Assembly (NCBI GenBank): GCA_965116885.1
Contig: OZ220741.1
Span: forward strand, 2,208,001-2,272,000
Direction: 5' to 3'
Length of the DNA stretch: 64,000 bases
Source: Candidatus Latescibacterota bacterium
GTDB lineage: Bacteria > Latescibacterota > UBA2968
Part shown: piece after piece, positions 38,744 to 47,699 of the stretch
Numbering within the stretch: position 1 is the stretch's first letter
Layout of the letters: each line of letters begins with the position of its first letter
Notes under the pieces: generated by a model
Seen by the model: only the letters and a program-made list of their open reading frames with translations
Databases searched by the model: none
Told to the model about the DNA's origin: nothing
Made by a program: the position numbers and the translations under genes

Positions 38744-39883
38744 TCAGTAGCGTTTTCGCAACACATCCATAATGTGTGCTGAGAGCGATTGCACGGTTTC
38801 GTCAAAATTTGCATTCTCAACGGTTATGATGCGATGGGCTTCGCCCACCTCTAAGATATGTTGCTGAATCTGTAAAATGGCATCGAGGTTTTCTACATAG
38901 TGGTGCGACGTTCTTTGCGTTGCTTCTTCACTGCGAAATTCAAAGCGCTCGGCATATTGCTTTTTGTCATCCAGGTACAGGGTCATCCAGATAAATGTTG
39001 CCTGATCTTTATAGGTGCTCAAATCGATCAAATCGGGCAGGAGATGTACCCCGTCAATTATCAGGTTGACATGCTCTTCAATGGCGCGCTCTATCATTGC
39101 TCGCACGCCAACGCCAACGCGAACAGCTTGTTCGCGAAATGCCTGTACAACCGGTGGGTGCTCACCGGCCAACTCCGCGCCCGTATGTTGCCAGGCAGAA
39201 AATGAAGAGGCGTGTAATGCAGGCATCAGGTCGGGTGAGATCATCAATCGCATAATCTGTCGAATGGCGTCGGTGGATGCGACGCGCGAAATTTTTAGCT
39301 GGTTGGCCAATGCCACTCCCACGGATGTTTTGCCCACCCCGGTTGCGCCGCTGATGAGAATAATGAGTGGCTTGTGCTGTCGATCCTTGCGAAAACGATA
39401 CCATGCCTCATAGCGCTCGGCATACTGAGATCCATAGCCGTCTTTTAAGCTTTTCAGTGTGATTTTAAAAATCTGCGATCGCTTAATTACTGTGCCCTGT
39501 GACCGCGAAAGTTGTTGCTCGACCTCTGAGGCAATCTGGTGTGTGAGGTCGTGATCCAGCCCAATGGCTTCGAGCGAATCGGCGAGCCGCTCCAGAGAAA
39601 ATAGTGTTCTATCTTCGCCTTCTTCGATAAAAATTTGCCGCGATGTGGGTTCCCAAAAGATGGCATCGCCAATTATCCGATCACCAAATTCGCGCTTCAC
39701 CTGTTTCCGCACGAGGTCGGCCATGTCTTCGGCGTTGATGTCTTTCTCTTTTTGAAGTGACCGACGGATGCCATCTGCGAATTTGTACGCCTCTTGAAAT
39801 GCGAATCCATGCTCGATTAAATAATGCGCCAGCATGCCCCGCAAAAATGGAATTCTTTTTTTGCCATCAACAATTGTCGCCAT
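38744..39883 (-). CDS. 2-phosphoglycerate kinase-like protein with ATP-cone domains
   Basis: PFLRGML and FSLERL cone-like segments, ILISGATGVGKT, STDAIRQIMR, LHASSF, IIDGVHL. Confidence 0.8.
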   Translation of the reverse strand: MATIVDGKKRIPFLRGMLAHYLIEHGFAFQEAYKFADGIRRSLQKEKDINAEDMADLVRKQVKREFGDRIIGDAIFWEPTSRQIFIEEGEDRTLFSLERLADSLEAIGLDHDLTHQIASEVEQQLSRSQGTVIKRSQIFKITLKSLKDGYGSQYAERYEAWYRFRKDRQHKPLIILISGATGVGKTSVGVALANQLKISRVASTDAIRQIMRLMISPDLMPALHASSFSAWQHTGAELAGEHPPVVQAFREQAVRVGVGVRAMIERAIEEHVNLIIDGVHLLPDLIDLSTYKDQATFIWMTLYLDDKKQYAERFEFRSEEATQRTSHHYVENLDAILQIQQHILEVGEAHRIITVENANFDETVQSLSAHIMDVLRKRY

Positions 39884-40016
39884 GGCAGTCTCCCATAAAA
39901 CGCAGCTTCTTTAAAAACCTGTATCCGAACTTAGCGAACCTTTTGCACGGTGTCAAGTCTGTGTATTACGGCTCGATAGAGAGACTGACAACCTACACCC
40001 AAAATGTGAGGAATTT

Positions 40017-41492
40017 ATGTCTGTACAACCAAACGTCTTGTTAATTTCGACAGATCACTGGCCTGCCAACCTTTTGGGATGTGATGGTCATCCTGTTATT
40101 CAGACGCCGACGTTGGATGAATTGGCGCGAAGTGGTGTGCGTTTTTCCAATTGTTATGCCGAATGCCCGGTGTGTATTCCGGCACGGCGCACGTTGATGA
40201 CGGGTACCACGCCGCGAACGCACGGAGATCGCGTGTTTAAAGAGACCCTCGATATGCCCGATATGCCAACGATGGCGCAGACGTTTCGCAATGCGGGATA
40301 TCAGGCGTATGCCGTGGGTAAGTTGCATGTGTTTCCGCAGCGGGATCGCATTGGGTTTGACGATGTGATTTTAGACGAAGAGGGACGCACGCAGTACGGG
40401 GTTCTCGACGATTACGAGCTTTTTTTAGGCGATCAGGGCTATGCGGGCGAGCACTTCAATCACGGTATGAGCAATAACGAGTATAGTGCGATACCCTGGC
40501 ATTTGTCCGATGAAACCCATGCGACGAATTGGGCGACTCAAAATATGGCGCGATTTATTAAAAGGCGAGATCCCACGCGCCCATCGTTCTGGTTTATTTC
40601 CTATCGGCATCCACATCCGCCGATTGTGCCGTTGCAGAAGTACCTGGATTTTTATCGGGATATGGAGATGGATACGCCGTTTATGGGCGATTGGGTTCGG
40701 TCTGAGAATCTTCCCTATAGTCTTCAATCGATGACTGCACGAGGGGACAAGCACAGTGCGGTTCAAATCGAGATGGCGCGGCGTGCGTTTTATGCCCTGT
40801 GTACTCATATTGACCATAGTCTGCGCGTGTTGATTGGGACGCTGAGGGAGGAGGGATTGCTCGACAATACGATTATTTGTTTTACGTCGGATCACGGCGA
40901 TATGTTGGGCAATCACAATATGTTGGCGAAGCGTCTTTTCTACGAGGGGTCGGCCAATATCCCGATGATTTTGTTGGGGACTGCTGGCGATGAGCGGGTT
41001 GGGGTCAATCGCGTGGATGATCGCCTGGTGGGTTGGCAGGATGTGATGCCCACGTTGTTGGATCTGGCGGGTGTAGATATTCCCGATACTGTGGAGGGAA
41101 TGTCGATGGTTGGCGAACAAGAGCGGGATTGGTTTTACGGCGAGGTTGGCGAAGATGCCCATGCGACGCGGATGATTTGCGATGGTCGCTACAAGTTGAT
41201 TTACTATTCTGTGGGAAATTACCGGCAGCTTTTTGATCTGGAAAATGATCCCTGTGAACTCGTGGATTTGTCGTCCGATCCGCAATACGCCGAGACCCTG
41301 TCGCGGTTGACCGCGCTCTTGATTGGCGAACTTTACGGCGAGGATGAAGCATGGGTCGAGAATGGACAATTGGTGGGTCTGCCAGACCAGCCGTATCACT
41401 CCGGCCCCAATCGGGGGCTGACCAGCCAGCGCGGGCAGCACTGGCCCCCACCACCAAAATCCGATATGCCTCAGATTCAATGGTATGCGTGA
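40017..41492 (+). CDS. Sulfatase
   Basis: PNVLLISTDH, CIPAR, HPHPP, SDHGDMLG. Confidence 0.92.
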   Translation: MSVQPNVLLISTDHWPANLLGCDGHPVIQTPTLDELARSGVRFSNCYAECPVCIPARRTLMTGTTPRTHGDRVFKETLDMPDMPTMAQTFRNAGYQAYAVGKLHVFPQRDRIGFDDVILDEEGRTQYGVLDDYELFLGDQGYAGEHFNHGMSNNEYSAIPWHLSDETHATNWATQNMARFIKRRDPTRPSFWFISYRHPHPPIVPLQKYLDFYRDMEMDTPFMGDWVRSENLPYSLQSMTARGDKHSAVQIEMARRAFYALCTHIDHSLRVLIGTLREEGLLDNTIICFTSDHGDMLGNHNMLAKRLFYEGSANIPMILLGTAGDERVGVNRVDDRLVGWQDVMPTLLDLAGVDIPDTVEGMSMVGEQERDWFYGEVGEDAHATRMICDGRYKLIYYSVGNYRQLFDLENDPCELVDLSSDPQYAETLSRLTALLIGELYGEDEAWVENGQLVGLPDQPYHSGPNRGLTSQRGQHWPPPPKSDMPQIQWYA

Positions 41493-41504
41493 GAAGGAGG
41501 AATT

Positions 41505-42515
41505 ATGCCATCGCGTTTGTTCAATTCACATCCAGACCACGGGATTCGCGTGCCAGGTGAGGTGGTGGAGGCATTCGTTCGTGAGCTTTTTCTCGCTGTG
41601 GGTACGTCTGAAGAACACGCACAGCATATGGCGGTTACGTTGACGGCAAATGATTTGCGCTGTGTGTTTAGCCACGGTACGCGGCAGGTGCGCGACTATA
41701 TATCGCAAATGAAGAATGGGCATACCAATCCGCGGCCCAATGTGACGGTGGTGTTCGAGTCAGAGGCGACGGCTATACTGGATGGGGATGGTGGGTTGGG
41801 GTATTTCCCATCGCATCGGGGAACGGAGATGGCGATTGAAAAGGCGTTAGAAGTGGGGGTGGGTACGGTGACGACGCGGAATCACTTCCACTTTGGCGCA
41901 GCGGGCAATTATTCCCGTATGGCGCTTGCCAGCGATTGTATTGGGATGGCGCTGTCTTCTCATCGCTATCGCCCGCGTCCAGATGCGACGGTTATGAGTG
42001 CGTCGGGTGGGTCGCCGATTAGTATTGCCGTGCCCACTGGGGAACAACCCCCTCTAATTATGGATATGGCGGCGCACTTTATCCCTTATAGTGAAGAATC
42101 ATTTGAGAAGTTTCCCGCGGCAGTTTTCAAGGGTTTGGGGCTGGCGGCTGTGCTTCAGGCGATGGGGGGAATTTTGGCCGGTATTTGGAATGAGGGGTAT
42201 GAGTTTACAGGTGAAGGCGAGGGGGCGGCACCACATCAAGGTGCGTTTATTGCGGTGTTTGACGTGAAGCGATTTGCCGATGTGGAGATGTTTAAGCGAG
42301 AGATGGATCGCTATGTCGGCGAGGCGCGTGCCACAAAACCGCTGCCGGGGCACGATCGCGCCGAGTTGGCCGGCGGCATGGAATGGCAATGGGAGAGAGA
42401 GCACCGCGAGATCGGTATTCCCATGACTGATGATCATCGCGATTTGCTGGAGAACGTGGGCGATGATGTCGGGGTTTCGTCGCCGTTTGGGGAATTTGAA
42501 GGGTCGCGGTTTTAG
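41505..42515 (+). CDS. Ldh_2 family (malate/L-sulfolactate/ureidoglycolate) dehydrogenase
   Basis: VFSHG, LDGDGGLG, RNHFHFGAAG, MDMA. Confidence 0.85.
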   Translation: MPSRLFNSHPDHGIRVPGEVVEAFVRELFLAVGTSEEHAQHMAVTLTANDLRCVFSHGTRQVRDYISQMKNGHTNPRPNVTVVFESEATAILDGDGGLGYFPSHRGTEMAIEKALEVGVGTVTTRNHFHFGAAGNYSRMALASDCIGMALSSHRYRPRPDATVMSASGGSPISIAVPTGEQPPLIMDMAAHFIPYSEESFEKFPAAVFKGLGLAAVLQAMGGILAGIWNEGYEFTGEGEGAAPHQGAFIAVFDVKRFADVEMFKREMDRYVGEARATKPLPGHDRAELAGGMEWQWEREHREIGIPMTDDHRDLLENVGDDVGVSSPFGEFEGSRF

Positions 42516-42545
42516 AAAGGTATTAACCAACACAAGGAGCAATAG

Positions 42546-43838
42546 ATGAGCGATAGACCGAATATTCTTTTTCTTTTTGCCGATCAGATGCACGCTTTTG
42601 CGATGGGGTGTATGGGGACGGAGGATATTCATACGCCAAATCTGGATAAGCTGGCGCGTGAAGGGGTTTTGTTTCGCAATTGTTATTCCAATGCACCGGT
42701 TTGTACGCCGTTTCGCGCGACGCTCATTTCGGGGCAATACGGGTCGCAGACAGATACGTTGCGCAATGGGCGGTATATTCCCGAGGGGACACGCACATTG
42801 GCAGGTGCGCTGAATGACGCGGGGTATCGAACCGGTTGGGTGGGCAAGTGGCATTTGGGCGCAACGGGGAATGTGTGGATTCCACCCGAGTTGCGGGCGG
42901 ATTTTACGGAGTTTATCGGGTATCAGTGCTATAACGATTTTTTGCACAGTGTGAAATTTTACGATGAAGTGGGTGATGAGCATTGGTATGATGATCACAG
43001 AACGGATGTGACGAGTGATATTGCGATTGAGCGCATGGAGAAGATGGCGGAAAACACACCCTTTGCGCTGTTTGTGTCCTATCAGAATCCGCATTATCCC
43101 GAGCAACCGGGATATGAATACGACGAGATGTATCGGGGCGTGACCCTTGCGCGACGTCCAAATTGCGTGGATGTTGATCCCTATACGAGAACGCATAGCC
43201 CGCCGAGTCCCAAGCCGCAGGAGAACGATCCGGTTTATCAACGCTATGGCAATGATCTCGATGAATATCTGCGCGCGTATTACGCGATGGTGACGCAGTT
43301 GGATGCAAATGTGGGGCGGATGATGGATGCCCTGGATCGCCTGGGGTTGCGAGATAATACGGTGGTGATGTTTACGTCGGATCACGGGGATTTGCAGGGT
43401 AGCCACGGAGAGACGAATAAGGGCAAGGCCTGGGAGGAGTCGAGTCGCATTCCCCTGATTGTTCGCGCTCCGGGGGGTGCGGCAGGTGCGGTGGTGGATG
43501 ATCTGGTGTCTGGCGTGGATTTTTTTGCGACGTGTGTAGATTACGCGGGGCAATCCCCCGTTCCTTCGGTTGAGGGCGACAGTTTCGCGCCTGTGGTGAG
43601 CGATCCTTCTCAGACCTTAGACCGACCGGTGTTTTCAGAGATGCAGCCCTGGTGTATGGTGCGCGAAGGCGCGTTTAAGCTGGTGGCGGAAAAAGAAGGC
43701 TTTGAAGCAACACATCTGTTCGATTTGGAAAATGATCCCTACGAGATGAATAATCTGTTGGGCGATCCCGCAAATGCTGAGAAACAGGCGCATTTGTACG
43801 ATGTGTTGCAAAACTGGTACAGGCGCGTGAAGAGGTGA
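42546..43838 (+). CDS. Sulfatase
   Basis: RPNILFLFADQ, CTPFR, GKWHL, SDHGD. Confidence 0.92.
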   Translation: MSDRPNILFLFADQMHAFAMGCMGTEDIHTPNLDKLAREGVLFRNCYSNAPVCTPFRATLISGQYGSQTDTLRNGRYIPEGTRTLAGALNDAGYRTGWVGKWHLGATGNVWIPPELRADFTEFIGYQCYNDFLHSVKFYDEVGDEHWYDDHRTDVTSDIAIERMEKMAENTPFALFVSYQNPHYPEQPGYEYDEMYRGVTLARRPNCVDVDPYTRTHSPPSPKPQENDPVYQRYGNDLDEYLRAYYAMVTQLDANVGRMMDALDRLGLRDNTVVMFTSDHGDLQGSHGETNKGKAWEESSRIPLIVRAPGGAAGAVVDDLVSGVDFFATCVDYAGQSPVPSVEGDSFAPVVSDPSQTLDRPVFSEMQPWCMVREGAFKLVAEKEGFEATHLFDLENDPYEMNNLLGDPANAEKQAHLYDVLQNWYRRVKR

Positions 43839-43900
43839 TTGTGGATGGTGCTGGGGATGCAGAGAGGAGCAAGGGAGATCCGACGTGGAGAGATCAAAGG

Positions 43901-43994
43901 GTAAAGGTACAGATTTGAAATTCTGGGAGCGCTTTTCGAGCTACAAAGTAAAGGTACAGATTTGAAATTCTGGGAGCGCTTTTCGAGCTACAAA
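43901..43994 (+). repeat. Perfect 47-bp tandem duplication
   Basis: GTAAAGGTACAGATTTGAAATTCTGGGAGCGCTTTTCGAGCTACAAA twice (43901-43947, 43948-43994). Confidence 0.95.
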
Positions 43995-44630
43995 TACACT
44001 ATTCTCGCCCTTTCTGTGGTTTTTCTTTTTTTTACAATGCCGTTGTTAGAGCGCGAGGGAGAGTATTTTTTACCGTTTCTTTTTTTGCCGATTATGGCCG
44101 CGGTGCTCTGGACGTTGAGACTTCATAGAGGGCTATTGGCGTTGTGTTTGTCGCTCGGATTTCTGGGATTTGGTTTTCATTTGGTTGTCGAGGCTATTGA
44201 TCTGCCTGAGGAAATATCCAGAGTGCTTGAGATGGCAGAGACGAGTGTTTATAAACTGTTTTACGGGATATGTCTTCTGGTCTTTTTGCACCGGATTTTT
44301 TCTGAGACGACGGTCACAGCAGATACCATCCAGGGGGGGATAGCCGTTTATTTTTTGAGCGGCTTGTTGTGGGCATTTTTTTATGAAACTCTGTTGTTAT
44401 TTAATCCAGATGCGATTTTGTTTTCGGATCATATTTCGGGTGAGTTTTCAGATCTCATTTATTTTTCTTTTGTAACAATAACCACCCTGGGCTATGGGGA
44501 TATAACGCCTGTGAGCCGGATGGCGAAAAATCTGGCGCTTTTGGAAGCTGTTTGGGGGCAAACCTATCTGGCGGTGCTGGTTGCGCGTCTGGTGGGATTG
44601 CATTTAAGTGGCAGCGGTCGATTCGATTGA
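43962..44630 (+). CDS. Ion transport 2 / potassium channel family protein
   Basis: YFSFVTITTLGYGDITP selectivity filter, several TM helices. Confidence 0.9.
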   Translation: MKFWERFSSYKYTILALSVVFLFFTMPLLEREGEYFLPFLFLPIMAAVLWTLRLHRGLLALCLSLGFLGFGFHLVVEAIDLPEEISRVLEMAETSVYKLFYGICLLVFLHRIFSETTVTADTIQGGIAVYFLSGLLWAFFYETLLLFNPDAILFSDHISGEFSDLIYFSFVTITTLGYGDITPVSRMAKNLALLEAVWGQTYLAVLVARLVGLHLSGSGRFD

Positions 44631-46724
44631 GGATGGTGTTTGGGCAAAGAAGTCCGGGATATCGACGGGTTCACCCAGAGATAGATTCATGAGCATGTCG
44701 TGCATGCAGAATGCAGGTTCGTTTTGGGCGGGTTCAATGTGACGGTCTGTGCCATCGGGGAGTATTTCGCGCGATTTGACATTGTCGGCAAAACATGCAC
44801 TGAGGAGTTCTGATTTTATCCGATTGATCAGGTCTGGATCTTCGATGGGGCAAAGCGTTTCGACGCGGCGACGCAAATTTCGAGGCATCCAATCCGCACT
44901 GCCAATGTACACATCGGGTTTCCCGTCATTTTCAAAGTAGTAGATGCGGCTGTGTTCCAGAAATCGTCCGATGATGCTGCGCACTCTGATGTTGTCGCTT
45001 ATACCGGGGACACCCGCACGCAGACAGCATATACCGCGCACAATCAGGTCAATTTGTACGCCGTTTTGCGATGCGCGATACAGCGCGCGGATCACTTTGG
45101 GGTCTTGAAGTGAATTCATTTTCGCGACAATACGGGCTGTGCGCCCTTTGCGGGCATGGTGGATTTCGCGGTCGATTTTTTTGAGGATGGAATCGAGCAT
45201 GGTAGAGGGTGCAATGAGAAATTTGCTGACCTGGGGATGTGCAGATTGCGTGGTGAGCAGGTTAAAAACTTCCGCCACATCATTTGTGATGTCTTCGCGT
45301 GCTGTGAACAATCCCAGGTCCGTATAAAGTCGGGCTGTTGAGGGATTGTAATTGCCCGTGCCGATGTGGGCATAGCGCCGCAGACCATTGTTGGTTTCGC
45401 GCCTGACCACCAGCGAGAGTTTGCAGTGCGTTTTAAGGCCCACGACGCCATATACGACGCATACACCCGCATCCTGAAGGCGGCGCGCCCATCGAATATT
45501 GGATGCCTCGTCAAATCGCGCTTTGAGTTCAACGACCACAGTAACTTCTTTGCCCGTCTCTGCTGCGCGAATCAGTGCATCGATAACGGGCGAATCTTCG
45601 CTGGTGCGATAGAGCGTCTGTTTGATGGCGAGCACATCGGGGGCGGTTGCTGCTGAATTGACGAATTGAACAACGGGTGTAAAAGCATCGTAGGGATGGT
45701 GGAGCAACATATCTTTTTGTCTGATCTGATCAAAGAGTGTCTCGATTTCTTCATAAGTCTGGTCGGGCGGGTGATAGGGCGAATATTTCAAATCGGATCT
45801 GGGGATCGCGCTATAAAGTCCCATTAAACGGTTGAGATTCACAGGTCCGTTGACCTGATACACCTGATTGTTTTTTAGACTGTATGTCGATTGTAAACGC
45901 TTGACAAGTGCCTTGCTCGCATCGGCTTCAATTTCGAGGCGGACCGTGTCGCCTTTGCGTCGATTTCGCAATTCGTCTTCAATGGCGAGCAATAAGTCGT
46001 CGGCTTCTTCTTCGTCCAGGTAGAGATCGCTATTTCGGGTGATGCGGAATGCAGCCGAGTCGAGAATTTGATATCCCCGGAAAAGTTCGGGAATATGTGC
46101 CTGAACAATATCGGCGAGGAAGACAAAGTCGGTGCGTTGGCTGTCTTCTTCATGGGGCAAGCGAATTAGACGCGGCAATAGACGGGGAACCTGTACGACG
46201 CCGAGCAGTGTTTCGCCTTCGCGATTTTTGAGCAAAAGGGCGATGCAGAGGGCTTTGTTGATCAGGCGCGGTAATGGGTGTGCGGGGCTGATGGTGAGTG
46301 GGGTTAATACCGGGTAGAGTTCTGCGTGGCAATAGTCGTCGAGAAAGGCTTTTTCGCATTTGGAAAGCGTGCTGATGGTGCGTATGTGAACATCTGCATC
46401 GCGCAATGCGGGAAGGAGTTCGTCATTCCAGCAGGCGTATTGCTCATCGACCATGCGATGGGCTTCTTTTGCAATGGCCGAAATTTGTTCTTCGGGCAGG
46501 AGGCCATCGGGACCGTAGTCGGAAATGCCCGCTTCTACTTGCTGGAGCAGTCCCGCTACGCGCACTTCAAAAAATTCGTCGAGGTTGTTGGCTACAATGC
46601 CCAGGAATTTGACCCGTTCCAGGAGGGGATTTTCGGGGGTACGGGCTTCTTGTAATACGCGCTGATTAAAGCGCAGCCATGAAAGTTCTCGATTGAGATA
46701 TAGACTGGTATCGCCGAGGTCCAT
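44604..46724 (-). CDS. ppk1: Polyphosphate kinase 1
   Basis: NRELSWLRFN, LLHHPY, IKQTLYR, LKTHCK, GTGNYN, GRFLEHSR, GSADWMPRN. Confidence 0.97.
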   Translation of the reverse strand: MDLGDTSLYLNRELSWLRFNQRVLQEARTPENPLLERVKFLGIVANNLDEFFEVRVAGLLQQVEAGISDYGPDGLLPEEQISAIAKEAHRMVDEQYACWNDELLPALRDADVHIRTISTLSKCEKAFLDDYCHAELYPVLTPLTISPAHPLPRLINKALCIALLLKNREGETLLGVVQVPRLLPRLIRLPHEEDSQRTDFVFLADIVQAHIPELFRGYQILDSAAFRITRNSDLYLDEEEADDLLLAIEDELRNRRKGDTVRLEIEADASKALVKRLQSTYSLKNNQVYQVNGPVNLNRLMGLYSAIPRSDLKYSPYHPPDQTYEEIETLFDQIRQKDMLLHHPYDAFTPVVQFVNSAATAPDVLAIKQTLYRTSEDSPVIDALIRAAETGKEVTVVVELKARFDEASNIRWARRLQDAGVCVVYGVVGLKTHCKLSLVVRRETNNGLRRYAHIGTGNYNPSTARLYTDLGLFTAREDITNDVAEVFNLLTTQSAHPQVSKFLIAPSTMLDSILKKIDREIHHARKGRTARIVAKMNSLQDPKVIRALYRASQNGVQIDLIVRGICCLRAGVPGISDNIRVRSIIGRFLEHSRIYYFENDGKPDVYIGSADWMPRNLRRRVETLCPIEDPDLINRIKSELLSACFADNVKSREILPDGTDRHIEPAQNEPAFCMHDMLMNLSLGEPVDIPDFFAQTPSSIESTAAT

Positions 46725-46819
46725 AACACACTCCGGGGGAAGAGACGACGGAATTGCGCTATTTGTCTGATATTATAATGCGATTTGAGGCAGATTGTCA
46801 AATGAAAACAACAGTGTAC

Positions 46820-47087
46820 CTATGGTGCAAAGCCCTTCAAAAAGGCCATTACCGCTTGAAGATTTTCGGTTTCTCCATTGCGGCGAAGGGCTGTGGCATA
46901 GGCGCGGGCAAAGTCGCGGGTGAGACGTCGATATCGCGCATCTTCTGGGTGGATGAGGTGAGCGGCTAAGGCATATTGGAACGCGATCAGGTGTATAGAG
47001 TTGGGCATTTGTCGCAAATAAAAAAAACAGGCTGATGCTTGCACACACCAGCCCGGTAAAAGCAATTTTTGAGAAGTTAGTCGTCAT
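46820..47087 (-). pseudogene. Possible frameshifted or internally deleted secreted protein
   Basis: One frame gives a signal peptide (MTTNFSK..TNA-QLY); another gives a protein-like helical end (AFQYALAAHL..LKGFAP). Confidence 0.35.
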
Positions 47088-47559
47088 AACTCAACAAGCG
47101 GTAGTATCGCTCTTTTTCGACAATAGAACCCAGGATGTGCAGGTCGCGTTCGTCGCCTTCGGGCGTTTTGACGGTGAGGACCGTGCCTCCGCGCAGTTTA
47201 AATTTTTTGTAGTCGCGCGTGGGCCTGGTGAATCGAATGCGCACAAAATCGTAATTTTTGCCACCGTAATTTCGCACCCATTTTGGTATGCCTTTCAAAT
47301 TCCTTTTGTTGAGATTGCTCCAGGCAAATTCACCGGTGAAACCGGGGTTTTGTGGAAATTCTGGCCAGAGTTCGTCGATGTACTGGTCTTTATCTACGCT
47401 CAGGTGGAAGAGTTGTTCGGCTGATTTGGTGTTGAGTGCCACAACAACGGCGCGTCCCAGTTCTTCGGGCGTTTCACCATAACCGCGTTGGAGTGTGGCG
47501 TCACTACAGGCCCATACGGCAAGCGTGCAACATGCGGCAATAAGTTTAAGACATTTCAT
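47077..47559 (-). CDS. Hypothetical lipoprotein
   Basis: Lipobox-like VWA-C, protein-like composition; alternative start 47580. Confidence 0.7.
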   Translation of the reverse strand: MKCLKLIAACCTLAVWACSDATLQRGYGETPEELGRAVVVALNTKSAEQLFHLSVDKDQYIDELWPEFPQNPGFTGEFAWSNLNKRNLKGIPKWVRNYGGKNYDFVRIRFTRPTRDYKKFKLRGGTVLTVKTPEGDERDLHILGSIVEKERYYRLLSYDD

Positions 47560-47636
47560 GTGATACTTCAATCCTTTCACAGCAGTGATTCTTGAAACTG
47601 AAAAAATATAACGATTTTAATTTTTAAAGTCTATGG

Positions 47637-47684
47637 TTCACAAAAAGGTCGGATGAATTTTCGCTCATCCGACCTTTTTGTGAA
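47637..47684. terminator. Strong bidirectional terminator
   Basis: 20-bp perfect inverted repeat TTCACAAAAAGGTCGGATGA / TCATCCGACCTTTTTGTGAA. Confidence 0.85.
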
Positions 47685-47699
47685 TCGGCTACGGCAGTT

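Noticed and set aside
42099..43553. 484-aa minus-strand ORF
   Set aside because: Antisense shadow of the sulfatase and dehydrogenase genes; His/Ile/Arg-rich with no motifs
43901..43994. Possible CRISPR repeats
   Set aside because: Two directly abutting copies, no spacers, no cas genes
44604..44630. 27-bp convergent overlap of the channel gene and ppk1
   Set aside because: Short 3' overlaps are common
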